25,560 nucleotides of DNA, from the NCBI GenBank assembly GCA_002269645.1, contig NIVC01005123.1, forward strand, positions 1 to 25,560, given 5' to 3'. Position 1 is the first letter of the stretch. Every line of letters starts with the position of its first letter. The notes under the pieces are model-generated. The model did not search any database and was not told the DNA's origin. It saw nothing but the letters and a program-made list of their open reading frames with translations. This DNA comes from Macrostomum lignano (Eukaryota). Position numbers and translations under genes: made by a program. Positions 1-10,500 of this stretch are shown here, piece by piece.

Positions 1-537
1 TTTTATGTGTACCTACTCATTTTCCTTGGTGAATAATTGTTTGGTGTATTGGCGACTCAGGGTTTTTCTATTGTTTATATATTCCCTTGCAATCGCATTT
101 ACTATTCTTTATTCTTTGTGCCATTATTAAATTGCTTAGTTTTTGATGATTATGTACCGTTGTGTTTTTTCATTATTATATACTACTAAATTATCATTTT
201 GCTCACTTAAAAATTTGCAAAATAATATACCCATAATATTCCCAATATATTTCCATCTATTGTTCTATTGAATAATTTTAATATTCTAATAAAACCTGCT
301 GCTAGAGGCATATTATATATTTTACTTGCTTGCAGTATAAGAGGGATATATATAACATAGGTGTACCTGTATGTAAATTGCGATATGCTCAATTTTTCGT
401 TAACTATTAACTGATTTCTGACTAATGCTGTCTGACTAACTGATTATTTGCTAACTGAAACTGACTGGCATTAAGACGAAAGTTAAGACTAAAGTTAAAA
501 GTTTAAGTTTCTGTCAAACTCTGTAACGCTGAAAGCA

Positions 538-2255
538 ATGTCAAGTAGGTCTACTAGTAGAAAAAGACCACGAGTTGAAGAAACATCAAGCTCTGCTGAA
601 ACTGAAACTGAAAGCGATAGCGAAAGCTTAGACTCCACTGTTTCTAATTCTAAATCTAACGTTAGTTCAAATCTTGAAGCTGGAGCTGATTCTGAACAGG
701 CTGAAGTTGCTGAAGTTGCTATTGCTAATAGTATTGCTGAAGCAGCTGAAGAGGATAATGATGTAGTTGTGACAGCGATAGGTAAGTTTAAATATTTTTT
801 TAAGTTAAAGTTTGGGAATGGGACCTAATGCCTTAACACTAAACAGCCTAAGTGTTGATTATTAATTCATTTTTAATTAGTTAATTGGGTTATTGGGATA
901 ATGTATTAATGTGAAAATTTGAAGTCTACCTACTCTACTAAATACTAATACTATTATACTAAGTACTAATCTATCTTAGCTTAAGTTAAGTCTAACACTT
1001 ATGACTTATATGACATTATGAGTGATGAGTCTAAGTCTAGTCTAGAAAGAATCTTAAGTTAAGTATAAAAATAATCTCTAATAAAAATCTAACTTATGGA
1101 TTTCTAATTTAATTTTCAATAAGGAGCTTCAACTTCAACGAGTCAAAAATGTCAAGGTGACAAAGCATCATCAGAACATTCAAAACCAGGTTGGAATTTG
1201 AATGCACTTCGACTTGGACAGTTGTCTTTAGCACCTGCTGCCACCTAAGAGCCAAAATGTCCATGGCACTGGCAGTACTGAGAGTGAGAGTGCTAGCACC
1301 GTGCGAAATTCAAAGGACACTCACTACTGCATTTCCTGTCTGGAGGCTGGTGTGGAGCTGAAACACTGTACAATATTTTGCAATGATGCTAGTTCACGTA
1401 AACGTCACTTGTCCAGGTAATTGATTATACCCCATCTATTGACTTTTGCCTGTTAAAATTAAAAGTCAAACTTAGCTACTTGCTAAGATGGTATTAGTAA
1501 GACTGAACAGACACAAACAACAGTACAGTCTATGTTTAAAAATTACATTGAAATATGAAGAAAAAACTTTATATTTGAGCAGGTTAAGTTCATGTTCTTT
1601 TTAAGATATCTTACTGGGTTTTTTAGAATTGTAGTTATTCATTAAGTAAATCATGTCAGAAAACTTTGTAAGTAGCAATACAGCAATACCTTAACTACTT
1701 TGTATTATTTTGACAAACTTTAAAGGAGACACAAGGATGGCCAAATCATGCTGCAGTTTGCACGGCCTGACACTCATGACGTCCGCCGCCTCCTGAGGCA
1801 AAGGCAAAGCGAGACAGCGAGCGCAACACCAGCTGATGCAGGGCTGCCGCAGCAGACAGCGAGTGTAATACCAGCTGATGCAGGGCTGCTGCAGCAGATG
1901 GCGACACAAGCCGACGGGACTCGATTGCAGCAGTCAGCAGCAACTGCATCAACATCCGGGTGCCGCCAGCAGTTGCCCCAAACGGGTTCCCGTTTCTTGG
2001 AACAGCAGAATCTGCACATCTCGCTAGGGAGTTTGGACATGAGCTTCGCTGCTCCCATGTCAACACCCGCAGTATCTAATGGTCGAGTAACACAATCGGC
2101 GCCAGCTTGCAACTGTAATTGTTGTGACCATTTAAAGTCCGAAGGCAAGGCCGAACAAAATATTGATAAACTGCTACAGTTATTCACTAACTTTACTGTC
2201 TCGCAAGCTACACTCCAAGGCCAGTCTAGCGATTCACGGCAACGGGCAACCCGAT
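538..2255 (+). pseudogene. 5' part of a spliced hAT-like transposase (element A) with BED-type zinc finger, interrupted by an LTR
   Basis: Exons 538-781, 1124-1416 and 1726-2255 have GT-AG boundaries with compatible phases. Exon 2 has a frameshift and a stop. Stitched peptide YCISCLEAG...DASSRKRHLSR|RHKDG gives CxxC...HxxxxH and resembles the YCINCLQND region of the hAT gene at about 8930. The ORF ends where the LTR begins (2256). Confidence 0.6.
1817..1905 (+). repeat. Two-copy 42-bp coding tandem duplication (TASATPADAGLPQQ / TASVIPADAGLLQQ)
   Basis: CCAGCTGATGCAGGGCTGC occurs twice, 42 bp apart. Confidence 0.85.
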
Positions 2256-2806
2256 TGTGACGTTGCCAGTTTAAAGTGGTCCCGCAAAAGGGCCGTTGGA
2301 CTGCAGTTCCTCTACAATTTCTCATTTTAATTTATCCAATCGTTTATTTTAACGTTTACTTGTAGTAGTGCCCAACGAATCTGTGTCTATCGCTAAATCA
2401 CTGCGTACTTTGCAATCCTTGCATGCGACCGTAGAAAACTTGCACGATCGATAATTTTAAGTTCTTTAACCAGCCAATGAGAACTCCACTCGTGTTTTAT
2501 GCTAACCCTTCTGCGCTCCTTTATTAACCCCCGCCTGGCGGCGGCCTGGGGGGTTTTTCACTTCTGCCCTTCGCTGCCCTTCCTTCGCGGCTCTTGTTTT
2601 CCTTCTCTCTCCTGGCTGCCTCGAGCCTCCTTATCTCTCGCCACGGCTCCTCTGTCTGGGCCAGCCTGTTTACACACTGTTACTTCACTGTGTACCGCCA
2701 CGGCTAACGCCAATCTCGCCACTACTTATCTGCCTGTCTACTTGCTACTCACTGCCTCCACTGTGCTCATCGCCATCACTAACCGGTTAGCAGGCATAAC
2801 GTGACA
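2256..2806 (+). mobile_element. 5' LTR of a Ty3/Gypsy-type retrotransposon (551 bp)
   Basis: Begins TGTGACGTTGCC and ends GGCATAACGTGACA (TG...CA, imperfect terminal inverted repeat). A PBS follows 6 nt later, then a gag-like ORF. No second LTR copy was found in the window. Confidence 0.85.
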
Positions 2807-2812
2807 TAATTT

Positions 2813-2829
2813 TGGAGGTCCCACCGAGA
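2813..2829 (+). promoter_or_regulatory. Primer binding site complementary to the tRNA-Gln 3' end
   Basis: TGGAGGTCCCACCGAGA is the reverse complement of TCTCGGTGGGACCTCCA, the 3' end with CCA of metazoan tRNA-Gln as I recall it. Confidence 0.85.
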
Positions 2830-2985
2830 CTCCTGCTCAGCACTGCCGGCTCGCAACTAAGTCAGTACCACCAAGACTTCTGCTCAGCCCTGCCAGCTCG
2901 TAATCAGTGCCATCAAGACGTCTGCTCAGCCCTGCCAGCTCGCAACCAAGTACCAGCGAGATTCTGCTCAGCTCTGCCGGCCCGG
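2821..2985 (+). repeat. Four degenerate 42-47 bp tandem units in the retrotransposon leader
   Basis: Units start at 2821, 2868, 2910 and 2953 and share CCAnCrAGAnnnCTGCTCAGCnCTGCCrGC. Confidence 0.85.
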
Positions 2986-3015
2986 GACTGAGTGCCGGCC
3001 TGCCTCGTCTGCGTT

Positions 3016-3136
3016 TCGGTCCGCAAGGCTTACAAGAGCCTGTGCCACGTCTCTGAGGGTCGGTCCGCAAGGCCTGAGTGCCTGTGCCACGTCTCTGAGG
3101 GTCGGTCCGCAAGGCCTGGGTGCCTGTGCCACGTCA
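3016..3136 (+). repeat. Three about 42-bp tandem units in the retrotransposon leader
   Basis: TCGGTCCGCAAGGC...GCCTGTGCCACGTC occurs three times. Confidence 0.9.
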
Positions 3137-3499
3137 GGCCCAGGGGTCTTGATCGTCACCGGTCGTCGCTGGTCGTCGCCCTGAGCAACGCGCGCTGTCA
3201 ACTGCGTTGAGCTCGAGCTTACGCTCTGCCAAGATAGCTCCGCTGCGTGTGCCAAGCCACGCCAGGTTACGCCGTGCGCTGATTGTTTGTAGGGACTATT
3301 GCCTGACAGTTAGTCCGGGTGGTTTGCGTGATAGGACTTTCCCCTATACTAGGCTTTTTGTGGTTTGCCCCTGTCAGGCACTATTTATTACTAGGACGCA
3401 ATCTCTCTCGCCTCTCTCGCGTCATCAACCTCAATTCGTTTTCTCTGGAGCCTTATTTTCATTCACGCTTGCTTCATTCGTCTCACTCAATCTAGCACA

Positions 3500-3995
3500 A
3501 TGTCCGACAACGGGGACAACCACGCCGCAGCGTCATTGGCTGACGGAGATGCCGTCAGGCCAGGTCAGGACGCAGCCGATGCCGGCGAGCAGCCAGCAGG
3601 CGCAGCTGCTGTCGCCGCGCCAGCTCCCAGTGAGCAACTCTTGCTGACTCAAACCTTAGCCTCTCTTCATCGGATGCTCGAAGAGCGTCTCGCCGTTTCC
3701 TCACCGTCAGCGCCAGATTCCTCGCCGCCTGCGAAGCCAGATATACGCCTTCACCCTCCAATAGCTTATCAGCCGAAGATGAACTTCGATACGTGGGAAG
3801 CTCAGCTTACTTTGTATCTAGCCACTTGCCGCGTTCCTGAGGACCAGAAATCCGCCATTCTCGTCTCTTTACTGTCCACCGAGTGCCAAGAGGTTTACCT
3901 TAACTACCGGTGTGACCGGATGCCTTTCGAGCCCTGCAGCTGCTCAGGGGAAGGTACACCGATGCCAAGAAGAAGGACAAGGCCTACGTAGAATT
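3500..3995 (+). pseudogene. gag: Truncated, frameshifted retrotransposon Gag N-terminal region
   Basis: FDTWEAQLTLYLATCRVPEDQKSAILVSLLSTECQEVY is typical of Ty3/Gypsy Gag. After a frameshift near 3927 it continues RALQLLRGRYTDAKKKDKAYVEL. It lies downstream of the LTR and PBS. No pol follows. Confidence 0.75.
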
Positions 3996-4038
3996 AGTTG
4001 CTGCTGCCCAATCTCATAATCTCACAACTCTTCTACAG

Positions 4039-6276
4039 CTCCAGAAATCAGCATCAACTCGAGCTAAGCTGATGCCGATGCCACCGGATGAGGATACTGG
4101 TGAGTTATTATTTCGCCCACCCACATTAGCTAACTCATCCAATCATCCGCTCACTCACACTACACACTCATTTATGATTACTCATTAGTAGCCACAAAAT
4201 CATTTCAACACACTCATTCTTCCCCAGAACCAGCATTGCCAGAGCCAGAGTCACAACCAGCGGCGTCAGAGCCAGGGACAGCAGAGCCAGAGTTACAACC
4301 AGCGGCGTCAGAGCCAGGGACAGCAGAGCCAGAGTTACAACCAGCGGCGTCAGAGCCAGGGACAGCAGAGCCAGAGTCACAACCAGCGGCGTCAGAGCCA
4401 GGGACAACAGAGTCATTAGAGTTAATCGAGCTCGAGCCAACGACTATCTCAAAGGGGTCTGTGGCAGTTGATGCGGCGGCCTCAGCTGCAATGCCAACAC
4501 TCCTAGATGTAGAGTCAGCGTCAGAAGGGTACCCACAGTTCCTTAATTTTGGTCAAGGCCCAATCAAGAAGCTGGGAGAAAAAGTGCAGGCATGCATCGG
4601 TCACAATCTGAGCAGTCCTGATGGCCTCGCCTTTTTGATGCTGACCGTCCTGCGGGCGTCTGGCGGCCTGGAGGCAAAGATGACAGCACAGGCGGTGGAA
4701 CTAGTGGCTCTTCGCAATGAAGTGGCGGGTCTGCGCAGTGAAGTTACTCGCCTCTCTGCTGCCTCACTGGATAATGAGCCAGTCGGTCCGCCAACAAGTA
4801 ATTTCTGGCCAATTTCTTCTTGGTCGGATTACATAGTTTGCCTCGTCGCCGGAAGAGTTGCTCGTCGAATTGGTTAGTGACATTCGCCTCGAAAGAATTA
4901 ACCAACATTCACTCACCAATTCATTCATTGATCCACCCAATGACTCATTCATTCATCAATCAATCAATCAATTTATTCTTTCACTCATTCACTCATCCAT
5001 GAGTCATGAACCATAACTCAACCCCTTAAGCCCACCATTTACAAAAACGCAGAGGGCAGCGCTGCTTTGCTGTAAATCAGCAAAATGGACCATGACCATC
5101 AGGGCAATGATGGACTTCGCCTTGGCAGCCGAAATGCAAAGGGCGATCAATTTTAACGGTCGCGAGATGGCAGAAAGAGCTCGCGCTGCTGGCTGTCCGA
5201 CATCTCTAACGGACGACATGCTCGTCTTTGAAAAAGCTTTTCTTCGGTGGTTTCAATGTGAGAATAGTTTTGTGATATACTGCGTTTAGAAACTGCATGC
5301 AGTAAAAGTAGCCACTTAAAAAACAATGCTGCCATGATTTAACTTGCAAAAAATTTAAAATGCACCCATTCCAGACGCTATAAACAGCATCTACGGGGAC
5401 TTCACCCTCCAGCCACAGATGAGACCAGCCCACGTTCCATCAATGGTGGAAGTGCGGAAAACATGTATGAACATGCTGAAGCATGCCATTGACCGCGTGA
5501 CACCTCGATCTCACAAGAAGATAACAACAGCCACAAACAGCCAGCAGCAAACGCCAGGGCGACAGCAACAGCAGCAGGAAGCGCTGGAGCAGCAGCAGCA
5601 AACGCCGGAGCAGCGGCAGCAGCAGCAGCAAACGCCAGAGCAGCGGCAGCAGCAGCAGCAAACGCCGGGGCAGCGGCAGCAGCAGCAAACGCTGGGGCGG
5701 CAGCAGCTGCAGCAAACGCCGGGCCAGCGTCAGCAGCAGCAAACGCCGGGCCAGCGGCAGCAGCAGCAAACGCCGGGCCAGCGGCAGCAGCAGCAAACGC
5801 CGGGCCAGCGGCAGCAGCAGCAAACGCCGGGCCAGCGGCAGCAGCAGCAAACGCTGGCCAGCGGCAGCAGCAGCAAACGCCGGGCCAGCGGCAGCAGCAG
5901 CAAACGCGGGCCAGCGGCAGCAGCAGCAAACGCCGGGCCAGCGGCAGCAGCAGCAAACGCCGGGCCAGTGGCAGCAGCAGCAGCAATCGCCGGGCCAGCG
6001 GCAGCAGCAGCAAATGCTGGGGCGCAGCAGCGGCAGAAAACGCCGGGGCAGCGGCAGCAGCAGTGCAGCGTAGCCGCCCTGCTGCCTAGTATCCATAATG
6101 CAAGAAGAGCCACTCTTGGCAGGTTTGAAGCGCTGCCAGACCTCGAACCTTGGGCCAAAAAGATGAAGATCTCAGAGAAGAAGAGTGAATACAGCAGCAG
6201 CTCGAGCGAAGACTCACGAACTGATTTTCTAACTGAAAATCTAACTGATGATGACCTTGACAGCGATTTTGACTAA
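4039..6276 (+). CDS. Spliced BEN/DUF4806-like putative DNA-binding protein with coiled coil, 14-aa repeats and Gln-rich tail (5' end missing)
   Basis: Approximate exons are 4039-4099, 4228-4797, 4837-4872, 5053-5257 and 5375-6276; the phase at the 4797/4837 junction is unresolved. Stitched peptide TIRAMMDFALAAEMQRAINFNGR...KAFLRWFQ|YAINSIY...EVRKTCMNMLKHAIDR resembles the BEN/DUF4806 pattern (N-W/F-x-G, K-x-F, L-K/R-H-A-x-D-R). It is preceded by the coiled coil VELVALRNEVAGLRSEVTRL. Confidence 0.55.
4240..4410 (+). repeat. 42-bp coding tandem repeat x4 (EPESQPAASEPGTA)
   Basis: Directly visible repeat of CAACCAGCGGCGTCAGAGCCAGGGACA. Confidence 0.95.
4907..5000. repeat. Intronic (CATT/CAAT)n-like low-complexity tract
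   Basis: Runs of TCAT, TCAA and CACT. Confidence 0.75.
5541..6063 (+). repeat. CAG-rich minisatellite of 24-27 nt units encoding QQQQTPGQR repeats
   Basis: GCAGCAGCAGCAAACGCCGGGCCAGCG is repeated many times. Indels shift the reading into Ser/Ala-rich repeats. Confidence 0.95.
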
Positions 6277-6499
6277 TCAATACGATTGTTCAATTGCTCA
6301 CTTGATCACTTATTCACCACGATAGTTTTATGCATGAAGTTCGGTTTATATATTCTAGGGTTACCAATGTGAAAATTTCGAGGGACAAAATAAAGTAGCT
6401 CGTATATTCGAAAAGCAAGAGCAGCTATGAGAAATGAAAAATATATGAAAAAGTACGTTGGGGCGACCGTACAATTAGTCCGCCTTGCTGACGTCAAGC

Positions 6500-7176
6500 G
6501 GCTGTCAGGCGCACATCGCCCGACGATTGGGGTGAACTAGGATTTTCCACTGGGCTGACAGTCACGAAGGACGACGACTCCGTCGTCGAGGTCGCGCTAG
6601 ACGAAGAGGCTGTCTTCAAGTCATTCTACACCGACACCCCCGTGTACTTCGCGCTTAATTGTGGTAGTACTGGTAAGACTTTATTTCTCTGACATTATGG
6701 TGTACATCAGGTAAGCCTACATTAAAAATTAACAGTAGAACTACCAAAGAACCTTCTTTGTTTTCCTACACTTAAACAGATTATTTATTCACTCTAGTTA
6801 TGATTTTAAATGAACCAATTATACTGCAAATGGGTCTCTTATGAAACACATACTCTGAACAGAGGCCATTGTCAAGTCATTCTACGGAACCATGCGCTCA
6901 TAGCAAAAGTACGGCGGGCAAGCCAATGAGGCCCTGCAGTGTCGTACTAAGCTGAAATGTATGCTGCCTCTCCTGGGTAGCAACGCCTGTGAGCGGTTTC
7001 TAGACGAGGTGGTGAAATTGTATTTCAGAGGCGACGTAAAGCGCGGCATCCGCAAGCACCGCGTGCCATACTTCGTCTCAAACCGAGCCACGAACTACAT
7101 AATCAACAAAGTTGTTGATCGTTGCAAAAATTTAACATCTCACAGCAACTTTGTCGGCGCAGAGTGTGACCATTAA
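6500..7176 (+). pseudogene. 3' end of a hAT-like transposase (element A, last two exons, dimerization region)
   Basis: EEAVFKSFYTDTPVYFALNCGST|EAIVKSFYGTMRS*QKYGGQANEALQCRTKLKCMLP aligns by eye with NEAAMYRSLYSDP...FALHLGGT|EAIVETYYSVMRSQEQQGGQTNDTLALRTKLSWMLP (12130-12540). The phase-1 intron is at the same position (6673-6862 versus 12238-12432). There is an internal stop. Confidence 0.8.
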
Positions 7177-7510
7177 CTGCCTCTACTGACTCTACCCCAC
7201 AGCCAGGAAGACGGTAGAATCCTTGGAATTTTCCGGCGCAAATCAGCAATTTGCCGGCGCACGGCGCACACTTCACTGCGCCGCGCGCATGGACTCGGCG
7301 CATCGGCGCATGGCTCGGTGCATCGGTGCATGGCTCGGCGCATGGCGCACAAAGTACGTCAGTGTACGTGACAATATAATAATGAATAATAAAAAAACGT
7401 ATATTAAATGTCAATCAATCAATAAAATAAACGATAGTCGTTATTTCCAGTGTTGTTTCTACTTCAAATTTCATTAATCGTAGCTTTTAACGATTGCAAA
7501 GCAACGAGCA

Positions 7511-10500
7511 ATGGAGCAAGTTGGAGAATCTTCAGTTCAGTTCAGTATGAGTAAGTCAAGGTCAAGTCACTCAAGTGACAGTGACAGTGATCGTGATGCA
7601 GATTTTGAAGTTGGAGTTACGGGCATGGCTACTACCATCAGTAAAAATGCCAAAGGTGAGTCGTCCAACTCCAAGTGGAGTCAAATTCCAAATTTCCAAT
7701 GATGACTATCAATTATCAATATCGAATATCATATATCATGATATGATATTCATGACTCCAATGACCAATGTTACAATTACAAAGTTACTTAATTACTTAC
7801 TGTCTGACTGACTCTTAAGTGTTACTGTTATTGTTAATTTTTACTTTTAGTGTTTACTATTATGACTTATGTGAATGTCTATTATTCGTAATTAAATTAG
7901 TTACTTATAAAGTTATTATTTTATCACTTTAATGTTTAGACTTTAGTTGTTAAAAACTCTCACTCTTGCTTGAGTTGTCTTGAATATTGGATAGAAATTT
8001 AGAATTGGATAGAATTTATATAATTATATAAGATTATATAAGAGTAAGATTAATAGTATTTTAATATAAATATAAGTTAATAACAAATAAAACTGAAGGG
8101 CATTTTTAATTTAAACTAGCAATAGAAGTCACTTGTGACTTGTCTTGATAGCCCCATACTCTGATACTTAAGGCCTAGCCTAGGCCTAGGCCTAGGGGTA
8201 ATTGAAGAATTTTTTTCTGGGAAGCACAGCACAGGCTGCATAGCCACTGAGCCACACAGGCCATACATACATACCCATGGCCATGGCCATATGGGCCATA
8301 TTTTCAATAATTGAAAGGGCATAGCCTATGGCTATGCGCGGCGCGGCGCGCGGGTAATGTGCCTAGGCAATAGCGGTAGCGACATATTTTTGTAAGAAGG
8401 TTTGTTAAAATTCAATTAATTTTGTGTACCTGTAAGAGTATAGAGACTAAAGAGTGGAGTTAAGTGTAGCGGGCTTCAGCTTAGGCTAAAACTAAGGCTG
8501 AAGCCAAAAATCTATTAGAAATTGAAATTTTTCAAATTTTCAACAAAATTTTCAATAGCAAAAGCAAATCACCATTGTAAATATAATTCTAGGCTACTAG
8601 TGCTAAGGCTAGTCTGGCTAGACTACTTAAAGGCCATTCGGCCATGCCCATAACAATGATAATAGCCCACTGGGGATTTGGATTTGGGGGTCAATAAAAC
8701 TGGAAGCTCAAAGACTAGTATAAACAATTTAAGCCATTATTTTATTTTTTAGCTATTCAGAAAGAGGAATGGAGTTTCCTGACTAAGTCTGGTGGTGTGG
8801 AAGCACCTGGCACTGGCACTTCTCACAGAAGCTCTGCAGCAGCAGCAGCATCAAAACGGAAAGGGTCAGCATCAACAAGCACTGCAACTGCTGCAGATAC
8901 AGAGCCATCAGCAAGATAGCCTCAGATCTTTTACTGCATAAATTGCCTTCAGAATGACAAAAAAGATCTCGAAAGTACCAATTTGTTCGAGGCAATCCAT
9001 CCTTCAAAAAGTGACATATCGCAACAATCATGACACTGTTGATGCTCACAATGTGAGCTTTGGAACCGCTGACCTTGAAATTGTCCAGAGTCTTCTCATG
9101 GCCAGGGAGGAGAAGAGTAAAAGAATTGATTGGAAGCGATCTCATTCTGCAGCCAATTCTGATGCTGCAGCCAATTCTGCTGATGCTGCTGCCAAATCTG
9201 CTGATGCTGCTGCCAATTCTGCTGATGCTGCAGCCGTTGCTACTGTCACTGATGCTTCCTCTCTCCAGCTGTTTGTTCAGCTGCCACGTTCAGACTTATT
9301 ATTATCAGGTAAGTCATAGAAGCAGCACATTAATCTTTTATTGAAAAATGAATTAAGTTAAGTAATTCTTACTGTAGCTATGGCATGATTCACTGATCAA
9401 AGAGATATGACCACCTACTTTTCATATTCTCTAATGTCTATTAAACAGGTGCAGCAGCCGTTTAATCAACGCCAGCTATTTTTGAGCCGCGGCGTTCCAC
9501 TAGTGCATCTGCTCCACCTGGAGCTGTCAGTGTTGAACAATTTGAGTCGCTATGTGGTCTAGTAAATAATCAATCGCAGCAAATTTTGCACCTGACTGAA
9601 GCCCTAAAAAGTCTTTCTGCTGCTGTAAAGGCTGGTAGCCATAGTGCAGCTGCTGCTCCTAGTCTTCCAGTTGATGAGCAGTACACTATGATTAAAAGTG
9701 CCAAAAATATTGCCAAGTTGCTGGACCATCCATTCGTTAGTATGGCATCATGCGGCGTCGACCACATCATTTTCTGTGAACCTTGCTTCGCTAGGTGTCG
9801 CAAAGTTCCGAGTCTTCACCTGCCAGTGGAATGTTCTATAGAAGAAGCTTTTCTAAACATGTAAGTCAGGTAACATGGCGAAGCAGATGCTGAGATGTAG
9901 AACCTAATACAGTAACACTAACACGCTACAATATATTGACATAAAATCCTCTATAATTTAACCCTCATAATTATACAGGAACCCTTGAAGAAAGGTTCTC
10001 TCAGCACTGGTCTGTTAGTTTTATCAACAACCATGCAGCAATACCACAGCAACCATTCGAAATTCTGCCACTTTTGGGCAATTGTCACAGATCACTTTTT
10101 GGGTGTTGCCAGCAAGGAACACTCAAACGCTGTGAGAGAATTTCATGACGATAAGAAGCGCCAATCAGGCAATGAGAAGGTTTTAAGAATACTACTGCTA
10201 CCGCTATCTTCATTATACAAATCGGAACCGCTAATGTGCACTACAAGGACCTTATGTGCCATTTGGATGCATCTGATGCAGCTATCGGCAACATTGGTCA
10301 CGGCTTGTAAGTTCTTGGTTTCTTGGTTTGTTTGTAGGCTAACATTAAAATTATTATTAGTAAATTTTTTCAAAACGAAAATTGGAATTCGCATTTCCCA
10401 CGCTTCTTATTCAGCGCTTACTGCAAAGAACTTTGGCATCTTCTTGAGTATTGCGTTGACCGAGATGCCTCTATGTTTCTGCACGAGGTGCTTCCATCCA

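Noticed and set aside
2526-2560. GC hairpin followed by a T run resembling a bacterial intrinsic terminator
   Set aside because: It lies inside a eukaryotic LTR, the stem is imperfect, and there is no bacterial context.
2821-3136. CRISPR-like appearance of the leader repeats
   Set aside because: Units are contiguous degenerate tandem copies without unique spacers, the context is eukaryotic LTR, and there are no cas genes.
5402-6158. Long minus-strand ORFs (poly-Leu/Ala/Cys)
   Set aside because: They are shadows of the CAG minisatellite, which lacks stops in several frames.
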